64,000 nucleotides of DNA from Histomonas meleagridis 2922-C6/04-290x (taxonomy: Eukaryota; Protista; Parabasalia), in contig JAANOX010000033.1 in the NCBI GenBank assembly GCA_020184695.1, positions 186,001 to 250,000 on the forward strand, read 5' to 3'. This document shows, in pieces, positions 30,401-39,587 of the stretch. Position 1 is the first letter of the stretch, and each line of letters starts with the position of its first letter. Below the pieces are notes generated by a model that saw only the letters and a program-made list of their open reading frames with translations, had not been told where the DNA came from and made no database searches. The position numbers were made by a program, and so were the translations under genes.

Positions 30401-30749
30401 CAAGAAGGAATTGATATTAATGCTAAAGATATTTATTTTAATAGTTTGATATTTATTTTAATAATTTTGGATTTCAAAATAATATTTGGAAATTATATGA
30501 ATTATTTAAAACAGCACTTATGAGAGCATCTTCAAAAGGTTATACAGAAATAGTTAAATTACTTCTTGAACAAGAAGGAATTGATATTAATGCTAAAGAT
30601 ATTTATTTTAATAATTTGATATTTATTTTAATAATTTTATATTTCAAAATAATATTTGGAAATTATTTAAATTATTTGAAACAGCACTTATGTATGCATC
30701 TGAAAATGGTCATACAGAAATAGTTAAATTATTAAATTCTCAAATCTAG
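27414..30749 (+). CDS. DUF3447/ankyrin-repeat gene C, 3' part interrupted by 12 fixed-length spacers
   Basis: ORF from ATG 27414 to 28772 is paralogous to gene A. Modules at 28814, 28984, 29151, 29321, 29491, 29661, 29831, 30001, 30171, 30341, 30511 and 30681. The last ends ...EIVKLLNSQI* at 30749. Confidence 0.75.
28731..30749 (+). repeat. 170-bp tandem array (12 spacer + ankyrin units)
   Basis: Spacers start at 28731, 28901, 29068, 29238, 29408, 29578, 29748, 29918, 30088, 30258, 30428 and 30598. All are 83 nt to the next T-position codon. Confidence 0.93.
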
Positions 30750-30865
30750 AGATTCTAGAAATGATTTATATATAAATTCCTTTTCTAAAAAGTTTACATA
30801 TATAAAAAAAATTAATTTCCTATCACAATTTGAATTAAATGCAGATAAAAAATTCTCTAAATGTA

Positions 30866-31800
30866 TTATTTTTTTGCAAAATTTCCTCCGTATCGTTCGC
30901 TGATGGACTCATTCTGAGGTTTATCAAAAAAGCAATTTTTGATTTCCATGAAGCACTCTGAGCTATAAACATAGATATAACTTGGTGATTTACCATTGGA
31001 ACCTGAGAAGAAGCAATCTTCAACATGTGATCTGTTCATCCAGCGAAAGAAAGTAATTACTGATCCTTCAGAGCCAGACGTATTATTATAAAATAGACAG
31101 TGATGATATTGTGCTAAAGCAAGTTTTTCAGACCAGTCCCAAACTCCACCAAAATTAGGAGCATAAGTATTTTTGATTATAACAAATTTCATTATTGGTA
31201 CTGTGAACTCGAAACGCACGCCAGCAATGTAAGTTTTGGCTTCACAATAAGTCAAGTTTGTATAAGAAATACTTGAAGTATATGATGTTTCTTTTGGTGA
31301 TCCTGAAAATATTGCACCAAATCTTTCAGCAAAACTCCCAGTGATCGAAGAGTACTCGAGAGAAAAAGGTTGTGAAAACTTGCTATAAATAGATCCACCG
31401 TAGAGAGATGAACAGTTCGTGAAAATACAATTGTGGATTGTTATGTTTGAATCAAAAGCTTTAATAGCTCCTCCATATTCACCTGATACGCATTTACTAA
31501 ACACGCAGATATCAAAGCGAATACAAACATTATTATAAACATGTTGATTTCTTTTCAAACCTGTTGCTGATTTACATTTCAATCCATCACTGAACTCTAA
31601 AGCAGTGCTACTTATAAACTGTGTGTAAAACGAGTTGATTGATAAAGATTTAGGAATTAAAGAGTATTGAATATTATATTTTTATAAAAATTTTTAAATT
31701 TTGATTTGTCTAAATTAAATAAAATATGTTTAGATTGTTTTGTTATTTGGAACAGAGGAGATTGAAATGAGTCTGATCTCAGAAATAGAAAACAAATGGT
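30866..31800 (-). CDS. Pmp-like/right-handed beta-helix protein, apparently frameshifted near 31660 (pseudogene or assembly error)
   Basis: YGGAI, YGGSI, FGAIF and FxxN motifs in 30866..31582. That frame has no upstream ATG. A plausible N-terminus (FLFLRSDSFQSPLF...) lies in another frame. Confidence 0.55.
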
Positions 31801-31855
31801 TAAATTTATATAAGGAATTGTGATGTGAAAAATAATTTTACAGTTTGAAATATTT

Positions 31856-32857
31856 TCATGCATCAGTAATTTGTCTGAAACCGCATTCAATTGTAGCTTC
31901 AACACCAAAGTGTTGTGATTGCTCATTTTTGCTTTCGTTTTCGAATTTGACAACACTTCCAAGTTGCTGCATAATCACAAACTCTCCATCATCTCTAGAA
32001 TAAGTAAATATGTAATCTAATGACTGTCCATTAAATGTGATCGGATGCTCAAGTTCACAATAGTATAGTATGTCTGTAAGTGTATATCCATCAATTCCTA
32101 ATGTTGTGAACATTTTATTATATTCAGTTCCACTCATCTTACCGATAACTTTTGTGGATCTACTGTCAATGTTCATGTTACCAACAATAATTATTGGTTG
32201 GCCGTCCATAGCTTTATTCTTTACAAAGAAAATCATTTCTCTGAGTTGGGCAGTTCTAACGGTCGTCGTCTCTAACGTGTTTTTAACGTTCGTTGATTGG
32301 AGGTTTGTTAATATGATGTGCAAATGAGTTCCTTGCCCCATTTGAACTCTTGCATAAATTGCGCCTTTTCCAAATAGAAGATCAACACCTGTGCTGAGTT
32401 GGTATGTGATGTTACCGTTGGATAATATTGGGTATTTGGAAAGAATTATAAGCCCACCATCAAAAATTTCGAGGCCAGTAAATGAGGCCGAATTTGATTG
32501 AACAATATAAGAAAAACCAAAGGACCTCATGCTTTTGACAAACTTTTTTAGTGGTGAACCAATGTAAGCAAATGCTTCTGTGAGGCAAACAACATCATAT
32601 TTAACAAGACGATTAAGAAGTTGATTATCTTTCCCAGATAGCTTGTTTCCTTTCCCGAAAATAAGGAAATTAGGAATCCATGAAACATTAAGTTGAATTA
32701 TTTTGAGATTATTAATATCGATTGTTTTATCTTGACTTGAAATAAGTGTGGTTAAATTACCATGCATAATCTTGTTTATCAATTTAAGGAGAAAGTATAA
32801 TAATAGGAACGAGCCTAGAATGAAAATTACTGCATAAACTGCTCCTTCAGCATCCAT
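31856..32857 (-). CDS. EEP-family (neutral sphingomyelinase-like) protein with N-terminal TM
   Basis: QLNV, DVVCLTE, DGGLIILSKYPI, KGAIYARV, LDYIF motifs. Several catalytic positions are substituted. Confidence 0.8.
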   Translation of the reverse strand: MDAEGAVYAVIFILGSFLLLYFLLKLINKIMHGNLTTLISSQDKTIDINNLKIIQLNVSWIPNFLIFGKGNKLSGKDNQLLNRLVKYDVVCLTEAFAYIGSPLKKFVKSMRSFGFSYIVQSNSASFTGLEIFDGGLIILSKYPILSNGNITYQLSTGVDLLFGKGAIYARVQMGQGTHLHIILTNLQSTNVKNTLETTTVRTAQLREMIFFVKNKAMDGQPIIIVGNMNIDSRSTKVIGKMSGTEYNKMFTTLGIDGYTLTDILYYCELEHPITFNGQSLDYIFTYSRDDGEFVIMQQLGSVVKFENESKNEQSQHFGVEATIECGFRQITDA

Positions 32858-33200
32858 CTGTTTTTGAATGGTTTATTCTATATAATTCAATTTTTTACAA
32901 AGTTTGCTTGATATAAGCGAAGTGATTTTAAAATCGAATTTGAACATACGCCATGAAATTTTAACTACACTAGTAACTGTAATATTGATAGTGACAAAAA
33001 TAATTCATATTATGTGAAAAAAAAATAATGTTCCTCAGAAATTGATTTCAACTTAAATACCTCTGTTTCCTGAAATCAAAAGATTTTATAAGCACACAAA
33101 CATGAAACAAAGTTTATTTGCTATTGTAAATTCTAATGAAATAATCAGATTATAATAAGTTATCATATTAACAAATAATTTACATTAATATTTAAACAGC

Positions 33201-33992
33201 TTATTGTCCTTCCGTTGGTAACATTTCGATGTCTATTCTTGGTAGGCATGGCGACTTAAGTACTCTCAAAGTTCTTGTTCCTGATCCCGATTTCTTTACC
33301 TCGAAGCAATGCGTCGGTGCGTTAGCCCATGACTGACCTAATGTGCGTATGAATCCATGATACTGCATGAACGACATGTGATTTGTAACAAGTACTGCAC
33401 AGCCTGTTTCCGATGCAATTCGCTTAAGAACCTTTGCAAACTCCCACAGAAGGGAAGTGCGACTTTGCGCTTCATTTGCTGCTTCGCCACGCATTGTTGC
33501 AGCAATCGAATCGACAACAATTAGACGTGGTTGAACGTTGGAAATTATCGCTGGGAGACAATGCGTAAGTGCAAAAAATTGAATATGATCATGAATTCGA
33601 ATAACAGGAAGAGAGAGACCATTCGGAGGAACGATGCATCCTTCAGTATCAATCCAAAGCGTTCTGTAATTTGGATTTAGTTGTTGTGCATAACGAAGAC
33701 ATAAAGTGGTACGACCAGATCCTGGCAAACCACATATTTCGGTAAGACATCCGCCAAGAAATGGTGAAATTAAAGAATCGACAGAATTAATTCCACACAT
33801 AAAAGGTTGAACGTCTTCATTACGCTGAATAGGTGAAGGCCTTATTGGAATAATTTTTGGAATTTCTAGATTTGAAAAAAGTTGATCTAATTCTTCATTG
33901 GGTATATTTTCATATGACCAAATAGAGTGTTCAAGAAGTGCTGTCTTTTGGTGTTTATCAAGCGAGAGAGAGATTGCTGTTCTTTGCTTCAT
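33201..33992 (-). CDS. RAD51 paralog (RAD51C/XRCC3-like RecA-fold)
   Basis: LTEICGLPGSGRT Walker A, WIDTEG, LIVVDSIA Walker B, VLVTNHM and LGQSWAN. Confidence 0.82.
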   Translation of the reverse strand: MKQRTAISLSLDKHQKTALLEHSIWSYENIPNEELDQLFSNLEIPKIIPIRPSPIQRNEDVQPFMCGINSVDSLISPFLGGCLTEICGLPGSGRTTLCLRYAQQLNPNYRTLWIDTEGCIVPPNGLSLPVIRIHDHIQFFALTHCLPAIISNVQPRLIVVDSIAATMRGEAANEAQSRTSLLWEFAKVLKRIASETGCAVLVTNHMSFMQYHGFIRTLGQSWANAPTHCFEVKKSGSGTRTLRVLKSPCLPRIDIEMLPTEGQ

Positions 33993-34409
33993 TAAAGTGA
34001 ACTTCCCAAAGGCATATAAGTAACCGTTTAAAGGCTTAACGTCCTCTAAGTTCTAAGAACTTTTTCTTTTTAGAAATGAATTCCTTGTTCCATTGTGCGT
34101 TATTGTTGCTATCTAATTATTTTTGGAGTGCTGCTCATGATGATATTAATTAAATTGTGAAATATAAAACGAACAAATATTGCTGAATCAAATGATTTGA
34201 AGAAAAAGAAATTGAAACATTAACAGTATTTTCATCTAAACTACCAAAAGTGATCCATTTACAAAAGGACAACATTAATGATCAGATTTAAATGAATTAA
34301 AACGACTGAATTCTTGAATTTTGGTAGTTTTTTTTTTTTCTGAATTTTACAATTGGAAATGGTTTAACGTCCCCAGTGCCACTTTTTGCAGCACGTTATT
34401 TCATGAAAT

Positions 34410-37400
34410 ATGAAAACAGCTGGAGAAGTTCATTTGCATCAAGATAAAAACCATAATTTAATTGATGGACTTCTTTCATCTGGCCTTATTAAAGCTAATA
34501 CATTAATTAAGGAATCTCCACCAAATGAGCCTAATTTAAAAGCAAATATAATTTCTCCAACCATTAAAAGTCCAAAAAATCCTAAAGTTTCAACCACCAA
34601 AATAATATCTAATAATAACAATATTCATTCTCGGCCTGTAACTCCTTTACAAACTCCAAATCAATCAACGCCAACTTCAAAAGTCACACACAAAGAAACC
34701 CATCTAAAAACAGAAAATAAACCAAGTGTTTCACCACAATCTCCTACTGATCCAAATACTAATTTTTTTAAACAATCACCTAATAATCAAAATCAGCAAA
34801 GTCGACTTTTTATCTTAGATCAAGTTTCATCCGAACGTAAATTTACAGGTAAGCGTGATGCCGTTCTTCTTTACAACGAATATCACAAATATCTTGAATC
34901 CATCAATCTTGATAATTTTGACAATAAAGCTGAAATTGCAGAAAGCATTGAGATCACCACCTTCACATTGAACAAACTCATATTCCATATCCGTGGGTAT
35001 TCGGAGTATTATGCACGACTTTTAAATGAAATCAAAACTTTTTTTATCCAACGCGTCACCCAAATCCCCAAAATCCACGACTTCTTCACCAACATTATTA
35101 ATGAAAACAAAGAGCAAATCAGCCAATTAGAAACGCAATGCACGCAAAACGTTACTGAAATCAACAATAACAAACAAACGATTGATGAACTCCAAAAACA
35201 AATTAATGAATCCAAAGACGAGTTAACTAATACCAACACATTACTTCAAGAAACTCAAGAGAAACTTGAAGAAGAAATATTTTCCAAAGACTTAGTTCAA
35301 AACGAAATTAATTCATTAAAATTCAAATTAGCGAAAACAGAAGAAGAGAAAAACGAAGCGCTTAAACGTGTACAATCAACAGAACATTTATTAGAAAATG
35401 CTAAAGAGCAATCACGTGGGCGCGAAGATTTATTAGCTAAATATGAAACAGAAGGCGCTGGATTTCGTCCGCAATATTTAAAAGCGTCTGAAGAGATATC
35501 GAAACTTAAGGAAAAGATCAAATATTTAAAAGAATTAAATGCGAATATGGTCCAAAAACAAATAACTATTGATGTCGAAGTACAAACAGATGAAATAACA
35601 ACAACAAAAAGTCAAAACGTTAAAACTAGATCGAGAACAAATACATTAGAAAAGAAAACAAATATTTCTTCTGATGATCTTTTAGCTAATTATAAAGAAA
35701 TGTATCGAAATATATCAAATGAAAAATTAAAAACAATTTCCGAAGATGCCGAAAACAAAGATTTAATAAAGTCGAAAAATTTAATTACTAATAATAAAAA
35801 AATTAATAAAAAAAGTTTTGTACATAATTCGATGAAAGCAAACTCACGGAAAAGAAAAGGATCTTTCCGTATTAAAGAAGCGAATCCTTTAAATGCTTCT
35901 TCATCATCGTTAAGTTCATCAGAGAACTCAATAACAATTGTACCACCAAAAGAAGAAGAAACCAAAATCAAAGAAATGCTTTCGAACAAAACTGAAACAG
36001 AAACCAAACCAACAGAAAACAAAACTAATATTAATGATAATAATGATAATGCGAATAAAGCCGAATTAAAAATAGAAAAAAGTTCGAATGCTATTAATAA
36101 TAATAATAAAGAAAAAGAACTTCCAAGTGATTATAAAATTGATAATTCTAAAATAAAACCATCGCAAACACTATTAAATTGTATTCTTAGACTTCTTCCA
36201 TTAAACATTGATCTTGTAATATTATCATCGCCTTATCAATATATTGACACCATTGTAACTAATGATAAATGTGTACTTAAGCCATATTATTGGGTCATAA
36301 GTAAAATTGTTGATTTTTTTCATAGTGTTGTTGAAACCGAAAGTGAAAACAACTTAAACGAAACAGTCATTAATTTATTTAAGAAGAAACTTAAAGAGAT
36401 GACCAAAATCGAAAGTTTAGCAATTCGTTTGTTTAATGATATTATTTATTCATGTAATTCATATAAAACGCAATCATCAATTGTCGATTTCTTTATGAAG
36501 TTTATATATCAAGAATACACAATCGTTGATTTTTATTTTGTTAATGCGATTTTTAATTTATGTTTCGAATATATATATCCAAAAGTATCTGACGTAGTTG
36601 ATAACCCTGATATATTACCAATGTCACCACAATTTCTAATACACGTTGATGTTATTAAAAAGATTTCATATGAAATAACAAACGAAGATATCGAAGAACT
36701 TAAAGCTCAAACGATAAATACTGTACATAATGATTTAATTGACTTTTTCGTCTTCGCAAAGAAACTTTTGTCTTTGTTTAGAATCGCAAATCAACAATTT
36801 CATGAACAAGTTAAAAACATTTTGTTGTTAATAGAATGGACTCCAAACGCTGACGTTACACAGATAATGTTCTCCGAGTTCTTCATTCTAATTGACCCAA
36901 CTTTCGACACAACGAAAATTTCTTCGTTTTGGGAAAAGTTTAAACTTGAAAACGGATTTAATAATGAATCGAATCAAGTGAATATGGATGTATTCTTTCA
37001 AGTGTGTATGGAACAACCTGAACTTACAAACGAAATATTGGAATTGCCTTATCAAAAGGCTTTTAAAAAACAGTTCTCAGAGTTATCAAACCCAGTTAGG
37101 AATTTGTTGATATTCTTAAGAAAACATTTCACAAGTTTCGTATTTCAAGTCTTAAAAATTATCCCCGAAAATTTGATGAAAATAGCTTTGGACGTGGTGA
37201 AAAAAATTAGAGATATGTTATTAAAATGCGAAGTGGCAATGGCTTTCGCTTTCTATAGACATTTCTTGCAATTAATCGACTTGAAAATGGCCGAAGAAAA
37301 ACCTTTTGTGGTGTTCTCGCCAAATATATCATCGGAAAGTGTGGAAGATCTGATGTCAATGATAGAAATTCGTGAGAAACTTGCGGTGTCTTGGCTTGAT

Positions 37401-37430
37401 AGAAATGATGAAAAGAAACCCAATAAATAA
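34410..37430 (+). CDS. Large hypothetical coiled-coil protein (1006 aa)
   Basis: Uninterrupted ORF with a low-complexity N-terminus, central coiled coil and helical C-terminus. Confidence 0.75.
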   Translation: MKTAGEVHLHQDKNHNLIDGLLSSGLIKANTLIKESPPNEPNLKANIISPTIKSPKNPKVSTTKIISNNNNIHSRPVTPLQTPNQSTPTSKVTHKETHLKTENKPSVSPQSPTDPNTNFFKQSPNNQNQQSRLFILDQVSSERKFTGKRDAVLLYNEYHKYLESINLDNFDNKAEIAESIEITTFTLNKLIFHIRGYSEYYARLLNEIKTFFIQRVTQIPKIHDFFTNIINENKEQISQLETQCTQNVTEINNNKQTIDELQKQINESKDELTNTNTLLQETQEKLEEEIFSKDLVQNEINSLKFKLAKTEEEKNEALKRVQSTEHLLENAKEQSRGREDLLAKYETEGAGFRPQYLKASEEISKLKEKIKYLKELNANMVQKQITIDVEVQTDEITTTKSQNVKTRSRTNTLEKKTNISSDDLLANYKEMYRNISNEKLKTISEDAENKDLIKSKNLITNNKKINKKSFVHNSMKANSRKRKGSFRIKEANPLNASSSSLSSSENSITIVPPKEEETKIKEMLSNKTETETKPTENKTNINDNNDNANKAELKIEKSSNAINNNNKEKELPSDYKIDNSKIKPSQTLLNCILRLLPLNIDLVILSSPYQYIDTIVTNDKCVLKPYYWVISKIVDFFHSVVETESENNLNETVINLFKKKLKEMTKIESLAIRLFNDIIYSCNSYKTQSSIVDFFMKFIYQEYTIVDFYFVNAIFNLCFEYIYPKVSDVVDNPDILPMSPQFLIHVDVIKKISYEITNEDIEELKAQTINTVHNDLIDFFVFAKKLLSLFRIANQQFHEQVKNILLLIEWTPNADVTQIMFSEFFILIDPTFDTTKISSFWEKFKLENGFNNESNQVNMDVFFQVCMEQPELTNEILELPYQKAFKKQFSELSNPVRNLLIFLRKHFTSFVFQVLKIIPENLMKIALDVVKKIRDMLLKCEVAMAFAFYRHFLQLIDLKMAEEKPFVVFSPNISSESVEDLMSMIEIREKLAVSWLDRNDEKKPNK

Positions 37431-37577
37431 ATGTTTGAATATAACGTAAATTCTTCTTCATAGCGTTTAAAAATTTGTTTTTTTTGTTGAAGAATTTATT
37501 TTCCTGTTTTGCAAAAAAGTGACAGGAGATTTAAAATTAACATATTATGTGAATTTATTGACAGGAAGTTTTGGTCA

Positions 37578-37994
37578 ATGAGCATTACAAAAGAAACAGA
37601 AGATGAAATCCAGCATTTTTTTGAGCTTGCTCTAGCAACTCAGGAAGTTTCACAAGAACTTTCAAAAACTATGATTTCAAATATGCTTCATTCAATGAAA
37701 GAAAATGATGTTACTGAACCAAAGTATTTCAAAAAAATGTTTTGTTTTAAATGCTTTTCTATTTTCAAACTAGGAGAAAATTGTAAGGTATCTTTGAGAA
37801 CAATAAGAAAACATCCAAATTTAAAAATAATTGAATACCATTGTTTATGTTGTCAACACACACAAAGAATCAATGCAATTCGATCAAAGACTCCACCTAC
37901 ACTTCCACCACCAAAGGAGGAAAATGTATCTCGTCAAAAGCCTCCACCAAATCAACAAAGAAAGCGAAAGCTCCTAATGAATTTATTTTCTTAA
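37578..37994 (+). CDS. RNase P/MRP Rpr2/Rpp21/Snm1-like zinc-ribbon protein
   Basis: KKMFCFKC...IIEYHCLCC (CxxC...CxxC) with a basic tail. ATG at 37578. Confidence 0.68.
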   Translation: MSITKETEDEIQHFFELALATQEVSQELSKTMISNMLHSMKENDVTEPKYFKKMFCFKCFSIFKLGENCKVSLRTIRKHPNLKIIEYHCLCCQHTQRINAIRSKTPPTLPPPKEENVSRQKPPPNQQRKRKLLMNLFS

Positions 37995-38232
37995 TATGTT
38001 TTGTAATAAAATGTTTATAATTTTTTTGTTAGATTGTATTGGCATTTTATGCACATACGATATAAATATTTTTTTGATTGCAGATACAAAAAATTGATTA
38101 TGTCATCTATAGTTTCAAATAAACTCAAAATTCCTTTTTTAACGAAAACAATTTTAAAATTGTTTTTGGTACCAAAAACTCATCAAATTAATTATATTTA
38201 TTTACTAAAAAAATATATATAAATAAAAACAA

Positions 38233-39450
38233 TTAAAATCCGAACTTTTCCAGCTTCGCGATAACATGTCTTGCGTAGCCTCCGTCCAATTCATCATAGT
38301 TTCTGTACACAACGTCACAAATTATATTTTTTTGGCTTTCGCTTCCGTATTCGATGATTCTTTGTATCACGTAATTTCCAGACTGGTCATTGATTAGTCT
38401 TAAAATTCGTTCTTCGTCCAAATTATTTTCGTCTCCAATTACTTCTTCGAATATTTGATATTGTTCATCTTTTGTTGCACCTCTGATACACTTTTCGATC
38501 ACATTCGATGCGAATTTGTGCATTGAGAACTCGTAAAAATGTCCTTTGAACGCTTTTATTAGTGCTGAAACATATTCACGTTTTCCCGATTCGAGAATAT
38601 TTTGGACAACGTAATTGCCATACTGGTTCATGGCTAACATTACTGGACATGTTAATACTGTTTGGACAATCGGCTCAAGTTGTTCAATTGGACATCTTTC
38701 GAAAAGTTTTTGGACAACGCGACAACCACAATTATCAAGAATTAGATCTAATAGACGTGGCTCAATGCATTCTATAATCTCAGGAATTCGATTGGGTAAC
38801 GAATCAATGAAACGTTGGACAATGTGATTTCCATTTTGGGAAAAGCATAATGATAGAAGAAAAGGTTTCACTGAGTTAAAAATCATCCCTATATTGGCCG
38901 TGGAGGTATGCTCAATGAATTTTTGAAGAACTCGACATCCATTTTGATGATCAATAACTTTCTGTATGTTTCGTAAAAAGAAATTTAACATGTATTTCTG
39001 TTGGTCCTCTGTAAGATATTCGCATAGCTTTTGAATAACAAAATTTCCAGAGGTATCATATACTAATTGATTTAAATTTGGATATAAACTGTTGAAAATT
39101 AAAGATCGTTCATTTCTATTGCCTTCTTCAATACGCTTTTGGAGAACCCTACTTCCTTGACGATCTTGAGACATTAGAACATATTGCATTGCCATTTGAG
39201 CTATTTGAGAATTTTGATTATCGCTCATTGGAATAGACTTATCTAATATTTGACATATGATTGAAGGGGAAAGCTTTTCACCTGTTATTGCTTCCCAAAG
39301 GTCTGAAGTTATCAAATGTACCTTTTTATTATCTGGAGCATATGTCGGTGTGTATGTATAACCAATTTGAGAACTTGGGAAATAATATCCATTAGACACA
39401 CTTCTCTGCATTGTATTTGCTATAGCTTGGTTAGATATTGTACCTCTCAT
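38233..39450 (-). CDS. Pumilio/PUF RNA-binding protein (8 repeats)
   Basis: Repeats GSRVLQ, GNFVIQ, GCRVLQ, GNHIVQ, GCRVVQ, GNYVVQ, ASNVIE and GNYVIQ. Confidence 0.95.
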   Translation of the reverse strand: MRGTISNQAIANTMQRSVSNGYYFPSSQIGYTYTPTYAPDNKKVHLITSDLWEAITGEKLSPSIICQILDKSIPMSDNQNSQIAQMAMQYVLMSQDRQGSRVLQKRIEEGNRNERSLIFNSLYPNLNQLVYDTSGNFVIQKLCEYLTEDQQKYMLNFFLRNIQKVIDHQNGCRVLQKFIEHTSTANIGMIFNSVKPFLLSLCFSQNGNHIVQRFIDSLPNRIPEIIECIEPRLLDLILDNCGCRVVQKLFERCPIEQLEPIVQTVLTCPVMLAMNQYGNYVVQNILESGKREYVSALIKAFKGHFYEFSMHKFASNVIEKCIRGATKDEQYQIFEEVIGDENNLDEERILRLINDQSGNYVIQRIIEYGSESQKNIICDVVYRNYDELDGGYARHVIAKLEKFGF

Positions 39451-39587
39451 AAATAATTATAACTAATTGAACCGCCAAAAAATACCAAACAAAAGTAAAA
39501 TATTCAAACGTTCAGAAAAAGTGACGAGAAAATGGCCGATCAAATACGTATTCAAAACATTTTTACTTTTATAATAAAACATAGAAA

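Noticed and set aside
15371-30682. AT-AC (U12-like) reading of the spacers (G|ATATTT...AC|A)
   Set aside because: It removes 84 nt and stays out of frame. It lacks the TCCTT 5' consensus and a U12 branch point.
15370-30749. Programmed -1 frameshift reading through each spacer (xFQNNIWKLFKLFxTAL)
   Set aside because: The -1 frame is open in many spacers. However, in 15370, 28731 and 29068 the 0-frame stop precedes a -1-frame stop, and there is no common slippage position across units.
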